NCBI GenBank assembly: GCA_903939755.1 | Contig: CAJAII010000002.1 | Location: 490 to 64,489 of the forward strand | Direction: 5' to 3' | DNA from: an uncultured Flavobacteriales bacterium | GTDB taxonomy: Bacteria; Bacteroidota; Bacteroidia; Flavobacteriales_D; Crocinitomicaceae | DNA length: 64,000 bases | Part shown: one piece after another, positions 27,444 through 37,517 of the stretch | Layout: each line of letters opens with the position of its first letter | How positions within the stretch are numbered: position 1 is the stretch's first letter | The notes under the pieces: model-generated | Told to the model about the DNA's origin: nothing | Databases searched by the model: none | The model's input: the letters and a program-made list of their open reading frames with translations, nothing else | Position numbers and translations under genes: made by a program

Positions 27444-28310
27444 CTAAATTTGATTTAGTACATTCTCAATTAATGCAAACATCTCTTTAGAATATCCTTC
27501 CGAAAACACTTGTTTTGGGCGGTTTGCTACACCTAAGCATATGGTAGCACAACGATGTCCTAAGGCTTTTCCTAATGAAAATAAGGCCGAACTCTCCATT
27601 TCAAAATTACACACCAATAATCCATTCATGTTAAATTCCCCCAGCTTTAATTGAATGTCTGCAGTTCGCGTTGGAATTCTTAATTCGCGCCCCTGAGGAC
27701 CATAAAAACCGGAACTGGTTACTGTTATACCAGAAAATGTATCGGCTGTTTGTAGGCGAAAACTTAGTGTTTCATCTGCAGCAACGGCATAGGGTTGTAT
27801 GGTTGCTGGTAAACCTATAAAATTGCTTAATTCGGAGGCTAAAAAGCGTTCCTTTTCACTGAATTCAATTTCGTAAAAATGGGCTACGTTATCTAAACCA
27901 AATGCATAGTCACTGATGATATGAGAATGTAATGGAATACTTGATTGTAAAATTCCACAGGTGCCAATTCGAACAAGTTCTAATTGAACTTTCTCCGTTT
28001 TTTCAGTGCGTGTTTTTAAATCAATATTTACTAAGGCATCCAATTCATTGACGGTTATGTCGATGTTGTCAGTACCTATGCCAGTAGATAAGGCGGTAAT
28101 TCTTTTTCCTTTATAGGTGCCAGTTTGACAAACAAATTCTCTATGTTGTCGTGTGAATTCAATGTTGTCGAAGAAGGAAGAAACCATCGCAACGCGATCT
28201 TGATCTCCCACTAAAATGATTTTTCCAGCTAGTTGCTCAGGTAATAAACCTAAATGGTAAACTTCTCCTTTTGCATTTAAAGCTAATTCTGTGGGTGGAA
28301 AGTATTTCAC
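27444..28310 (-). CDS. Nucleoside phosphorylase (PNP/UDP family, uridine phosphorylase-like)
   Basis: VYHLGL...ILVGDQDRV, STGIGTDNIDI and FEMESSALF. Apparent GTG start. Confidence 0.75.
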   Translation of the reverse strand: MKYFPPTELALNAKGEVYHLGLLPEQLAGKIILVGDQDRVAMVSSFFDNIEFTRQHREFVCQTGTYKGKRITALSTGIGTDNIDITVNELDALVNIDLKTRTEKTEKVQLELVRIGTCGILQSSIPLHSHIISDYAFGLDNVAHFYEIEFSEKERFLASELSNFIGLPATIQPYAVAADETLSFRLQTADTFSGITVTSSGFYGPQGRELRIPTRTADIQLKLGEFNMNGLLVCNFEMESSALFSLGKALGHRCATICLGVANRPKQVFSEGYSKEMFALIENVLNQI

Positions 28311-28314
28311 AATG

Positions 28315-29046
28315 TTATTTTAAACTGCCAAATACTTTAGATAAAAGATCGGAAACTCTTGCAGCCGGATCTAGTCTAATTTTATCCTCTTCTTTTGCAA
28401 CCATGATGAATAATCCTTCTATCGCTTTTTGTGTGATATAGGCATCTAAATCAGGATTTAGATCTTCACCCATGGTGAGGGCATTGTATTTTGTAATAAT
28501 AGGATTCCAATATTCGGTAAGCTTTACCCTGGAAGTTGCTTCTTTTACCTTTGGTGTAAAGGCGGTTACTAATTTTGAGATCGTTTGATCTTTTAAAAAT
28601 TTTGTCGCAGCGCCATTACCTCCTTTTAAAATAGCGAAGCCGTCTTGAACACTCATGTTTTTTATAGCATCTATAAAAATGGGCATTGCCTCTTTTGTTG
28701 CTTCTTCCGCTGCACGGTTTAGGGTGGTTTCAAATTTTTCAACTTGCCCACTTAATCCAAGATTTAATGCTTTTTCTTTTACTTTTATCGCATCTGGTGG
28801 AAAAGGTAAGCGTATGGTTGGGTTACCTAAAAATCCGTCAACAACAGATGTTAATGACACAGAGTTTTTTATTCCAACACTCAACGCCTCTTTTAATCCC
28901 GAAATGACTTCGTCGTTTGTTAGGCTATTGGTGACCGGTGCGTTAATCGGTAAGTTGCCTGTTACTTTGGGTAATTTTGGCATTTGAGATAGCACGTCAC
29001 AAGAGTACATAATCAAGGCACACGAGAAAAATAGGAAGAATTTCAT
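28315..29046 (-). CDS. DUF4197-like periplasmic protein
   Basis: Signal peptide. The LTNDEVISGLKEALSVGIKNSV segment resembles the DUF4197 family. Confidence 0.55.
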   Translation of the reverse strand: MKFFLFFSCALIMYSCDVLSQMPKLPKVTGNLPINAPVTNSLTNDEVISGLKEALSVGIKNSVSLTSVVDGFLGNPTIRLPFPPDAIKVKEKALNLGLSGQVEKFETTLNRAAEEATKEAMPIFIDAIKNMSVQDGFAILKGGNGAATKFLKDQTISKLVTAFTPKVKEATSRVKLTEYWNPIITKYNALTMGEDLNPDLDAYITQKAIEGLFIMVAKEEDKIRLDPAARVSDLLSKVFGSLK

Positions 29047-29065
29047 AGGAGTATTTTAGTTAGTA

Positions 29066-31777
29066 TTATCGTAAAACTTGAACGAATCCATTTAGGGTTT
29101 TCTTCCCGTCTGTGTCCCGTAATTTGTACATGGCAACCCAATTGTAAACACCTGGTAGAATTGGCTTCCCACCATAGGTACCATCCCATTCTCCTTTGGT
29201 GTCATGGGTTTCCCAAACAACTTCTCCCCATCGATTGTAAACCTTCAAATCGAAGCTTTGTTGATCAATACCTTCCACGTAAAGCGTCCATGTTTGGTTG
29301 TGTTCATCATCATCTGGTGTAAATGTATTCGGGGCATAAAATACAATGTCAGGGATTATTTCTAATTCTAGGATAATGGAATCAGAACACCCTTGGGCAG
29401 TAGTTACTGTTAGCATGATGTCATATTCTCCAACAACACCCTCTGGATAAGTAATTATTGCATTTGGACCACTTGCTATAATGGAGGTAGCGCCTAAACT
29501 TTCCCACTCCCATGTTGTGATATTTCCTAATGAATTATCATTTACTTGTATTTCTGTTTCAAACCATGTAGCTGGATTTTTTGAGAGCATAAAATCTGCC
29601 GTAGGTAAAGGGGTTACTTCCACAATATTTGAAACGGCACCGGTATAAACACAGCCATAAATTGAAGTAGTGGTCATAGTAACGCTATAAAGTCCTGGCA
29701 TGGGGAATGAATTCGTCACATCTTGCAAGTCTGGAACGTTAAAACTGTCTCCATTCGAAAAATCATATTGTGTAGAGGCTATTTCATTTCCATTAACAGA
29801 GGTATTCATAAATGTAAACGTACCCGGCATACATGCAATTGGAATGTCTGGTACAACATTAGGTTCAATTGGCGTTGGAAAAGTAACTAGTAAACATTCT
29901 TGTGTCGTTGGTGAACCACATTGCTCGGAAAGCGTTAAACAATAAGTGGTGTTTGTATTCGCGGGATCTACTGTTATGGATGACCCTACATTATGATAGG
30001 TGCCATTTTCTGTCCAAGTATAAATATAAGGAGATGAACCTCCTGTGCCTACAGCGCTCAAATTAATGGAAGCTTCAGGGCAAATCATGGTGTCAGGTGT
30101 AATAACCGCAATACTCAAAGGAGAAGGCTCATTGATAAAAACTGAAATGGTATCGATACAACCGTTCGCGTCTGTAACTGTAATGGAAGTTAATCCTGCT
30201 CCTAAATCATTTGCTGTATTGATGGTAGAAATAGAATTATCCCAATCAAAGAAGAAGGGTCCAGTTCCTTGTTGAACTCCTATAGTTGCCGATCCGTTGT
30301 TAACAGAATTACAACTAGCATCTACTTGGTTTTGAATGGATAATATCATTGGTGGTATTTCTGTAACAACTACTGTTGTTGTTCCGGAACATCCTGAGGA
30401 GGAACTTACTTGACATGTATAGGTTCCAGCAATAAGACCAACCGCAGTTTGTGTTGTTTGGCCATTATTCCATAAATAAGTAATGTTACCCGATGATGGA
30501 ACCATATTGGCTGTTGCAGTGCCATCGTTTCCACCGACGCAGGAGACTAATGTGGAAGAACTATTATAAGCTGCCGGTGTATCACCAACCGCAACGGTTG
30601 CAGTAGCTGTACATCCATTTCCATCAATCATATTAACAGTATAGTTTCCAGCAAGTAGATTCCCTACGGTTTGGGTATTAGCGTTTATAGGCGTCCAATT
30701 GAAAGTGTATGGGGCAGGAGAATTTGGACCAGGTGTAGCGGTAACAGATCCAATTCCTTGGGTACATACGTCAGGAAGCGCAGTTGCGGTCACAACACCA
30801 TTGGCACTTGTAAGCCATGTAGTATCTTGGGTAATTGAACCTATGTTAGTATTGCATGCGGAAGCGGATAAAAAATATCCTGTTGTTCCGGGTGGAACGA
30901 CTGGAACGTTTAACACGCCGTTATTATAAGGAAATGTTTGTCCAAGTGTATTAGCCCATAAAAAATTAGTGCCAGGACTGGTTACAATTAGGTATGGAAT
31001 TTGACCCATGGTGTAGGTAGCAGTATTATTTGGAGCAGTAGGAGTAAAACGCCTTCCATCTTGGTTTGCAGACCACTGTGAATTATTCCTTCCAGGTGTG
31101 ATATGTGCTAAATTACCCGGATTATTTTCGGATCCTTGTATGGCAAGTCCTCCATTCCAACCATTACACAATGGCTTATTTCCAATGTGTAATTCAAATA
31201 CGTTGGTCGTTTCGTATAAAATAATAGCCATGTAATTACATTGTGAGGTACAGCTAAACATGAAGATGTTCTTATATAATACAACGAAGCGTCTGTTGGG
31301 AGCGGTACCGATTGTTTGGTATTGTATTTGGCCTCCTAAAGATGGATTAATATCTTGGTAAGTTAACATGATGGTATTCCTTGCTGCAGCAAAACCTGCA
31401 TTTGGTAAGGGGCCGATACCACCTAAAGACCAAGGGCAATAGCCGTTTGCATTCGCTAGATTAAAAGAAATTAAACCATTTGATCCAATTACGCATTGTG
31501 AATAATTATTACCATAAAAACTAAATGGGAAGCCAATATTTACTGACCCTGACCATGAATCATCTGATAAATTTACTTGCGAAGGAGCGTTTAAGTATAA
31601 ACCTGCAACTGGGTTACCACCACCAGCATTACAATTAGTAATGACTACCGATTGACCTGGACAAACTGTAGCGTCTTGCCCTAAACACAATTGAACTTGA
31701 GCATTTGCATTAAAAGCAAAGACGGATAAAATGACTAAAAGTAAAGTTTGTGTTTGAGTATAAAAAGTTTTGATCAT
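29066..31777 (-). CDS. Large secreted protein with SprB-type repeats, PKD-like module and gliding motility-associated C-terminal domain (T9SS type B CTD)
   Basis: Signal peptide. Repeats such as GSVTATPGPNSPAPYTFNWTP...MIDGNGC. C-terminus FYAPNTFTPDDDEHNQTW...YNRWGEVVWET...EWDGTYGG...GFVQVLR. Confidence 0.88.
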   Translation of the reverse strand: MIKTFYTQTQTLLLVILSVFAFNANAQVQLCLGQDATVCPGQSVVITNCNAGGGNPVAGLYLNAPSQVNLSDDSWSGSVNIGFPFSFYGNNYSQCVIGSNGLISFNLANANGYCPWSLGGIGPLPNAGFAAARNTIMLTYQDINPSLGGQIQYQTIGTAPNRRFVVLYKNIFMFSCTSQCNYMAIILYETTNVFELHIGNKPLCNGWNGGLAIQGSENNPGNLAHITPGRNNSQWSANQDGRRFTPTAPNNTATYTMGQIPYLIVTSPGTNFLWANTLGQTFPYNNGVLNVPVVPPGTTGYFLSASACNTNIGSITQDTTWLTSANGVVTATALPDVCTQGIGSVTATPGPNSPAPYTFNWTPINANTQTVGNLLAGNYTVNMIDGNGCTATATVAVGDTPAAYNSSSTLVSCVGGNDGTATANMVPSSGNITYLWNNGQTTQTAVGLIAGTYTCQVSSSSGCSGTTTVVVTEIPPMILSIQNQVDASCNSVNNGSATIGVQQGTGPFFFDWDNSISTINTANDLGAGLTSITVTDANGCIDTISVFINEPSPLSIAVITPDTMICPEASINLSAVGTGGSSPYIYTWTENGTYHNVGSSITVDPANTNTTYCLTLSEQCGSPTTQECLLVTFPTPIEPNVVPDIPIACMPGTFTFMNTSVNGNEIASTQYDFSNGDSFNVPDLQDVTNSFPMPGLYSVTMTTTSIYGCVYTGAVSNIVEVTPLPTADFMLSKNPATWFETEIQVNDNSLGNITTWEWESLGATSIIASGPNAIITYPEGVVGEYDIMLTVTTAQGCSDSIILELEIIPDIVFYAPNTFTPDDDEHNQTWTLYVEGIDQQSFDLKVYNRWGEVVWETHDTKGEWDGTYGGKPILPGVYNWVAMYKLRDTDGKKTLNGFVQVLR

Positions 31778-31967
31778 AATTTAAATTCTAAATTCAGTTT
31801 CAATACGACACACTGAGCTATTGGTTGCCGAAATAACTACTCAAAGTTAATTAAAAATAGCTAAAATAATACCTTCTTATTATTTCTTGAATAATTCTTA
31901 ATCATAAGATACTTTTAAAAATTATATTTTGTTGATAATTATTGGTCATTGGCCTAAAAAAACTTAT

Positions 31968-31975
31968 TACATTTG
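31968..31975 (+). promoter_or_regulatory. Bacteroidota -7 box TAnnTTTG (tacatttg) upstream of gdhA
   Basis: Exact consensus match in the 240-bp divergent intergenic region. Confidence 0.4.
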
Positions 31976-32017
31976 CCAAAATTAATGTCAAATTTACTAA
32001 CTAACATTTCGTATATT

Positions 32018-33364
32018 ATGTATCAAAAACAAATCGAAGATTTCATGATAGCTGTAAAAGCAAAGAATTCTCATGAAACAGAATTTTTGCAAGCTGTTCA
32101 TGAGGTTGCTGAGGCAGTTATCCCATTTATGGAGGAACATCCTAAGTACAAATTAGCTAAGATCTTAGAGCGAATCGTGGAACCAGAAAGAACCATTCTT
32201 TTCCGTGTGCCTTGGTTGGACGATAAGGGAGAAATTCAAGTAAATCGAGGGTACAGAGTTGAATTTAACTCAGCAATTGGGCCATATAAAGGTGGTTTGC
32301 GTTTTCATCCATCTGTTAACTTATCAATTTTGAAGTTTTTAGGTTTCGAACAAGTCTTCAAAAATTCACTTACAACACTTCCGATGGGAGGTGGTAAAGG
32401 TGGCTCTGATTTCGATCCTAAAGGTAAATCAGATAATGAAGTAATGAAATTTTGTCAGTCATTTATGACTGAACTATCTAGACATATTGGCCCTGATACG
32501 GATGTTCCTGCTGGAGATATTGGTGTAGGTGGACGTGAGATAGGTTACATGTTTGGACAATACAAAAGAATTCGTAATGAATTTACGGGTGTATTAACTG
32601 GTAAAGCGCGTAATTGGGGAGGATCATTGATTCGTCCAGAAGCTACGGGTTATGGAACAGTATATTTTGCTAAAGAAATGTTAGCAACAAAGAACGATTC
32701 TTTTCAAGGAAAAGTGGTAGCTGTTTCTGGGTCTGGTAATGTCGCTCAATATGCATGTGAAAAAGCAACTGAATTAGGTGCAAAAGTGGTAACGCTTTCT
32801 GATTCACAAGGCTATATTTATGATGCGGAAGGAATTGATGCTTCAAAACTTGCCTTTATTATGGAATTGAAGAATGTGAAACGTGGAAGGATTTCTGAAT
32901 ATGTAGCTAAGTATCCAAGTGCTAAATTTATTGAAGGAAAACGACCTTGGGAAGTTAAAGCTGATATTGCGCTTCCTTGTGCAACTCAAAATGAGTTAAA
33001 TGGAGAAGAGGCTAAAATGTTGCTTGCTAACGGTGTAATTTGTGTTGCTGAAGGTGCAAATATGCCTTCGACACCAGAAGCAGTTACTGCATTCCTTTCT
33101 GCAAAAATCTTATTTGCGCCTGGTAAAGCATCCAATGCTGGTGGAGTAGCAACTTCAGGATTAGAAATGTCTCAAAATTCGTTACGTCTATCTTGGACGG
33201 CGGAGGAAGTTGACCAAAAACTACATGGAATTATGGTTTCTATTCATAATGCTTGTGTTCAATATGGTACTGGAGCTGATGGATTTGTAGATTATGTAAA
33301 AGGTGCTAATATTGCTGGTTTTGTCAAAGTAGCTGATTCTATGATTGATCAAGGTTTGGTTTAA
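32018..33364 (+). CDS. gdhA: NADP-specific glutamate dehydrogenase
   Basis: [45 protein letters not shown]. The start at MYQKQIEDF gives about 448 aa, matching GdhA N-termini. Confidence 0.92.
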   Translation: MYQKQIEDFMIAVKAKNSHETEFLQAVHEVAEAVIPFMEEHPKYKLAKILERIVEPERTILFRVPWLDDKGEIQVNRGYRVEFNSAIGPYKGGLRFHPSVNLSILKFLGFEQVFKNSLTTLPMGGGKGGSDFDPKGKSDNEVMKFCQSFMTELSRHIGPDTDVPAGDIGVGGREIGYMFGQYKRIRNEFTGVLTGKARNWGGSLIRPEATGYGTVYFAKEMLATKNDSFQGKVVAVSGSGNVAQYACEKATELGAKVVTLSDSQGYIYDAEGIDASKLAFIMELKNVKRGRISEYVAKYPSAKFIEGKRPWEVKADIALPCATQNELNGEEAKMLLANGVICVAEGANMPSTPEAVTAFLSAKILFAPGKASNAGGVATSGLEMSQNSLRLSWTAEEVDQKLHGIMVSIHNACVQYGTGADGFVDYVKGANIAGFVKVADSMIDQGLV

Positions 33365-33385
33365 GATTATTCTACCTTAAAATTT

Positions 33386-33418
33386 TAAAAAAAGCTCAAT
33401 TTTATTGGGCTTTTTTTT
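33386..33418 (+). terminator. Rho-independent terminator after gdhA
   Basis: aaaaagctcaat ttt attgggcttttttttt: a 7-bp stem extended by A/T-run pairing, then a T8 tract. Confidence 0.6.
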
Positions 33419-33511
33419 ATTAGGTATTTTTTCTCCTACCATTAAATTATCTATTTAGGAATTTGCACTACTATTTTCAATAATTTTACCATCAAATAAT
33501 TCACGAAAATT

Positions 33512-35503
33512 TTGAAAGAAAATACCATAGAATTTGATGCTGCAGGTTTTGAATCTGCTGAGTTACTAACGATCTATCAAAAATTAATTACACCTCGTTT
33601 GATAGAAGAAAAAATGCTCATTTTACTTCGTCAAGGGAAGATAACTAAATGGTTCTCTGGATGGGGACAAGAGGGTATATCTGTCGGTACTTGCTATGCA
33701 ATGGATAAGGATGAATATATTCTTCCTATGCATAGAAATTTGGGTGTCTTTACTTCGCGTGATATCCCGTTAACAAGACTTTTTGCTCAATTTCAAGGTA
33801 AAGCTGATGGGTTTACCAATGGGCGTGACAGATCTTTTCATTTTGGAACGCAGGAATATAAGATTATTGGAATGATTTCTCATCTAGGTCCTCAATTGGG
33901 GATTGCTGATGGAATCGCTTTGGCACATAAAATTCGTGGTGAAAAGAAATCTACCTTAGTTTTTACCGGTGATGGTGGTGCTTCTGAAGGGGATTTTCAC
34001 GAGGCCTTGAATGTCGCTTCCGTATGGGATCTTCCTGTTATTTTCTGTGTGGAAAATAATGCATGGGGTTTATCTACGCCTTCAAGTGAACAATTTAGAT
34101 GTAAGCATTTTATTGATAAAGGTATTGGTTATGGGATGAAGGCAATTCAAGTCGATGGAAATAACATTTTGGAGGTTATCCGTGCCGTGCGTTCGATTAA
34201 CGAAGAAATTAGGGTAAACCCGAAACCTGTTCTCTTGGAATTAATGACGTTTAGAATGCGAGGTCATGAAGAAGCTTCTGGTACCAAATACTACCCTGAA
34301 GGTCTTCAAGATGAATGGTCGAAACGTGATCCAATAACTAATTACGAGGATTTTTTAAAGTCAACAGGTGTTCTCACTGAAGCTTACGAGATGGCTTTAA
34401 AAGCGGAAATTAAGATGCAAATTCAAGATGCATTTGATTGGGCAAATAAGCAACCGGCAATATTACCGGATGTATTGGTTGAATTAAATGATGTTTATGC
34501 ATCGCACTCTTTTGTTCCTACTCTTCCAAAGGATAGTAGCGAGGAGATACGATTTATTGATGCGATTCAAGAAGGCTTAAAACAATCATTGAAACGCTAC
34601 CCGACGTTACTAATAATGGGGCAAGATATTGCTGAATATGGTGGTGCATTTAAAGTTACCGAGGGATTTGTTGAAGAATTTGGAAAAGATCGCATACGGA
34701 ACACGCCATTGTGTGAATCTGCGATAGTTGGTGCTGCACTAGGTTTATCAATAGCAGGTATGAAAGCGGTTGTTGAAATGCAATTCGCTGATTTTGTTAC
34801 TTGTGGATTCAATCAAATTATTAATAATCTTGCAAAGATTCATTGGCGTTGGGGACAAAATGCGGATGTCGTGATTAGAATGCCTACAGGAGCAGGTTCA
34901 GCGGCTGGTCCATTTCATTCGCAAAGTAATGAAGCATGGTTTTTCCATACACCAGGTCTAAAAATTGTTTATCCTTCTTCTCCTTATGATGCTAAAGGTT
35001 TGCTTAATGCAGCCATTGAAGAACCAAATCCTGTTTTGTTTTTTGAGCATAAAATGCTTTATCGAAGTGTCAAGGGGAATGTTCCAACGGATTATTACAC
35101 ACTCGAAATAGGTAAAGCGATGGTGCTAAATAATGGCGATGACTTAACGATTATTACGTATGGAGCAGGCGTAAATTGGGCGTTCGAGGCCATGGAATCT
35201 TTTCCAGGAAAGTCAGCTGAAATTGTGGATTTAAGAACTTTGCTACCCTTAGATACTGAAACTATTTATAAGGCAGCTAAGAAAACGGGTAGGGTGATCG
35301 TCTTGCATGAAGATTGCTTGTTAGGTGGAATTGGTGGCGAAATTTCAGCACTAATCATGGAAAATTGCTTCGAATTCTTAGATGCACCTGTCAGTCGCAT
35401 TGGTTCTATGGATACTCCGGTACCTTTTGCCGTAGATCTCGAAAAGCAATTTTTACCCCAAGATCGCTTACTAAAAGCGATTGAATCCATTCTTTCTTAT
35501 TAA
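33512..35503 (+). CDS. Fused alpha/beta E1 component of a 2-oxoacid (branched-chain type) dehydrogenase, TPP-dependent
   Basis: The N-terminal half carries the TPP motif GDGGASEGDFHEALNVA...ENNAWG. The C-terminal half is transketolase-like beta (QDIAEYGGAFKVT...NTPLCESAIVG). Apparent TTG start. Confidence 0.85.
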   Translation: MKENTIEFDAAGFESAELLTIYQKLITPRLIEEKMLILLRQGKITKWFSGWGQEGISVGTCYAMDKDEYILPMHRNLGVFTSRDIPLTRLFAQFQGKADGFTNGRDRSFHFGTQEYKIIGMISHLGPQLGIADGIALAHKIRGEKKSTLVFTGDGGASEGDFHEALNVASVWDLPVIFCVENNAWGLSTPSSEQFRCKHFIDKGIGYGMKAIQVDGNNILEVIRAVRSINEEIRVNPKPVLLELMTFRMRGHEEASGTKYYPEGLQDEWSKRDPITNYEDFLKSTGVLTEAYEMALKAEIKMQIQDAFDWANKQPAILPDVLVELNDVYASHSFVPTLPKDSSEEIRFIDAIQEGLKQSLKRYPTLLIMGQDIAEYGGAFKVTEGFVEEFGKDRIRNTPLCESAIVGAALGLSIAGMKAVVEMQFADFVTCGFNQIINNLAKIHWRWGQNADVVIRMPTGAGSAAGPFHSQSNEAWFFHTPGLKIVYPSSPYDAKGLLNAAIEEPNPVLFFEHKMLYRSVKGNVPTDYYTLEIGKAMVLNNGDDLTIITYGAGVNWAFEAMESFPGKSAEIVDLRTLLPLDTETIYKAAKKTGRVIVLHEDCLLGGIGGEISALIMENCFEFLDAPVSRIGSMDTPVPFAVDLEKQFLPQDRLLKAIESILSY

Positions 35504-35684
35504 TTATTTCGCATTTCTTGGGTGAAGGAATGATGCAGTTTGTTTTCAAATAAAATAAGTTTATTATATAAATAATTCTATTTTGAAATGTAATAAAGTA
35601 AACAGTTTTCGTGATGTAACCTATCTTCTTTATCAAGGTTATTTGGTTATCAAGCCTTTCCATCATCTAAAAAAAAAATCAAAC

Positions 35685-36128
35685 ATGCGAAATTTACTAT
35701 TTATTTTAGGCTCTACATTTATTCAAAGTGTGGTGTTTTCTCAGATCGTTTCCATTAAAGTTAAACAAACGCAACCATATGTTAAATACATTAAAACTAC
35801 TGCGGCAGATGTTCTAGCAAATCCAGAATGGGTGGGGTATAAAGAACCCGGCAATTGTGAGTATGTACTTGATTTAAATAAAAAAACCTCAACTTATTAT
35901 GAGAATGGGGTTTTCGGATCGACATTGAAATTTGAATCAATGTCTAAAATTGGCGATAATGTTCGAATCAAATTAATTGATAAGGAAAAAGTGTTTGGTA
36001 TTGTATTTAAAACGGAATTCAACTATAATATCAAACTAGGAACTTCCTCTTATACATGGTATAATGAGTTTGGTGATTATACGCGCACTCAGAAAAATAC
36101 AATCGCCACAATCACAGTAGGAAATTAA
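35685..36128 (+). CDS. Small secreted protein of unknown function
   Basis: The ATG at 35685 gives the signal peptide MRNLLFILGSTFIQSVVFSQ. The longer track ORF begins in non-coding-looking sequence. Confidence 0.55.
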   Translation: MRNLLFILGSTFIQSVVFSQIVSIKVKQTQPYVKYIKTTAADVLANPEWVGYKEPGNCEYVLDLNKKTSTYYENGVFGSTLKFESMSKIGDNVRIKLIDKEKVFGIVFKTEFNYNIKLGTSSYTWYNEFGDYTRTQKNTIATITVGN

Positions 36129-37034
36129 TTAAGCTTCATTATTTCTTGGGTGAAAAGAAAGTATCGCTTCTTTTAAATAGCGCTGATCAAGGTGGGTATA
36201 GATTTCTGTAGTGGTAATTGACTCATGTCCAAGCATTTCTTGTATGGCCCGAAGGTTGGCCCCGCCTTCTAATAAATGGGTAGCAAAAGAATGGCGAAAT
36301 GTATGTGGCGAAATTGATTTATTTAATCCGATTCGTTCCGCTAAATCTTTGATGATGATGAATATCATTACTCTTGTTAGTTTGGCTCCTCGACGATTCA
36401 AAAAAACAACGTTTTCATTTCCTTTTTTTATTAGCTGATGCCGTCGAACGTGATCATTATAAATCAATATTTCTTTTTCAACACTTGATGATACAGGTAC
36501 GAGTCTTTCTTTATTCCCTTTACCAATTACTCTTACAAATCCTTCTTCAAAGAATAAATCTGAAAACCGAAGGTTAACTAATTCGGAGACTCGTAAACCA
36601 CAACTATATAAGGTTTCGATAATTGCTTTGTTGCGATGCGCCTCTGTTTTACTCATGTCAATTACACCAATTAATTGATCGATTTCTTCGATTGTGAGTA
36701 CTTCTGGTAATTTTCTTCCAACTTTTGGTTGGTCTAATAATTCGCTTGGATCAATGGAAATGTAATTTTCTAACAGTAAGTAGCCATAAAATTGCTTAAT
36801 TCCTGATATTATTCTTGCCTGAGTTCGTGCACTGAGTCCTAAGTCATATAAGGCAGCAATAAATAATTTTAAATCTTGATAGCTTATTTGTTCCGCATTT
36901 TTTCCTATTCCAATGCTAAAATCATGTAATTTAGCGACATCGTTTTGGTAAGCGAATATAGAATTTTCGGCTAATCCTTTTTCGATCTTTAGGTATGAAA
37001 TAAATTCTTTAATATAGCGGCTCCAACTAGACAA
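36129..37034 (-). CDS. xerD: Site-specific tyrosine recombinase XerD
   Basis: About 300 aa. N-terminal SAM-like domain (FISYLKIEKGLAENSI.AYQNDV), catalytic ARTQARI..., HTFRHSFATHLLEGGANLRAIQEMLGHESITTTEIYTH. Apparent TTG start. Confidence 0.88.
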   Translation of the reverse strand: MSSWSRYIKEFISYLKIEKGLAENSIFAYQNDVAKLHDFSIGIGKNAEQISYQDLKLFIAALYDLGLSARTQARIISGIKQFYGYLLLENYISIDPSELLDQPKVGRKLPEVLTIEEIDQLIGVIDMSKTEAHRNKAIIETLYSCGLRVSELVNLRFSDLFFEEGFVRVIGKGNKERLVPVSSSVEKEILIYNDHVRRHQLIKKGNENVVFLNRRGAKLTRVMIFIIIKDLAERIGLNKSISPHTFRHSFATHLLEGGANLRAIQEMLGHESITTTEIYTHLDQRYLKEAILSFHPRNNEA

Positions 37035-37036
37035 AC

Positions 37037-37441
37037 ATGAAAATTTTAATTGTTAATGGTCCAAATTTAAATTTAATAGGGACACGCGAAACATCGATTT
37101 ATGGAAATCAATCATTCGCTGCTTATTTTCTTACGCTAAAATCAACGATTGGTTTTGAATTGGAATACTATCAATCGAATGTAGAAGGTGAATTGATTAA
37201 TTGCCTTCAAAACACGGAGTGTGAAGGTGTCATTCTAAACGCAGGTGCGTATACACATACAAGTATTGCATTGCGCGATTGTATTGCTGCCATCTCTGTC
37301 CCTGTGGTAGAAGTACATATTTCTAATATAACCAATAGAGAGTCTTTTCGCCATAATTCATTGTTGTCGCCGGTATGTGTTGGTTGCGTTTTTGGTTTTG
37401 GCTTGAAAGGGTACGAGGTGGCCTTGTCCTATTTTAAGTAA
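37037..37441 (+). CDS. aroQ: Type II 3-dehydroquinate dehydratase
   Basis: ILIVNGPNLNLIGTRE..IYG, INAGAYTHTSIALRD and VEVHISNI..RE.FRH. Confidence 0.92.
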   Translation: MKILIVNGPNLNLIGTRETSIYGNQSFAAYFLTLKSTIGFELEYYQSNVEGELINCLQNTECEGVILNAGAYTHTSIALRDCIAAISVPVVEVHISNITNRESFRHNSLLSPVCVGCVFGFGLKGYEVALSYFK

Positions 37442-37517
37442 ACCATTTTTTCTACTGCTGAATTGAACTTTTTTTTTTCTAAAGTGTAAGGTGGATTGAA
37501 CCATAAATAATTGACCT

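Noticed and set aside
35669-35678. A10 tract 6 nt upstream of the small secreted protein start (also T10 at 37469-37478 upstream of the vWA gene), as phase-variable promoter spacers
   Set aside because: Homopolymer A/T runs of this length are common in the intergenic regions of this window. There is no evidence for variation from a single sequence.
36129-37034. Tyrosine recombinase as a marker of an integrated mobile element
   Set aside because: Its length, N-terminal SAM-like domain, catalytic motifs and conserved divergent pairing with aroQ fit housekeeping XerD. No flanking repeats or cargo genes are present.
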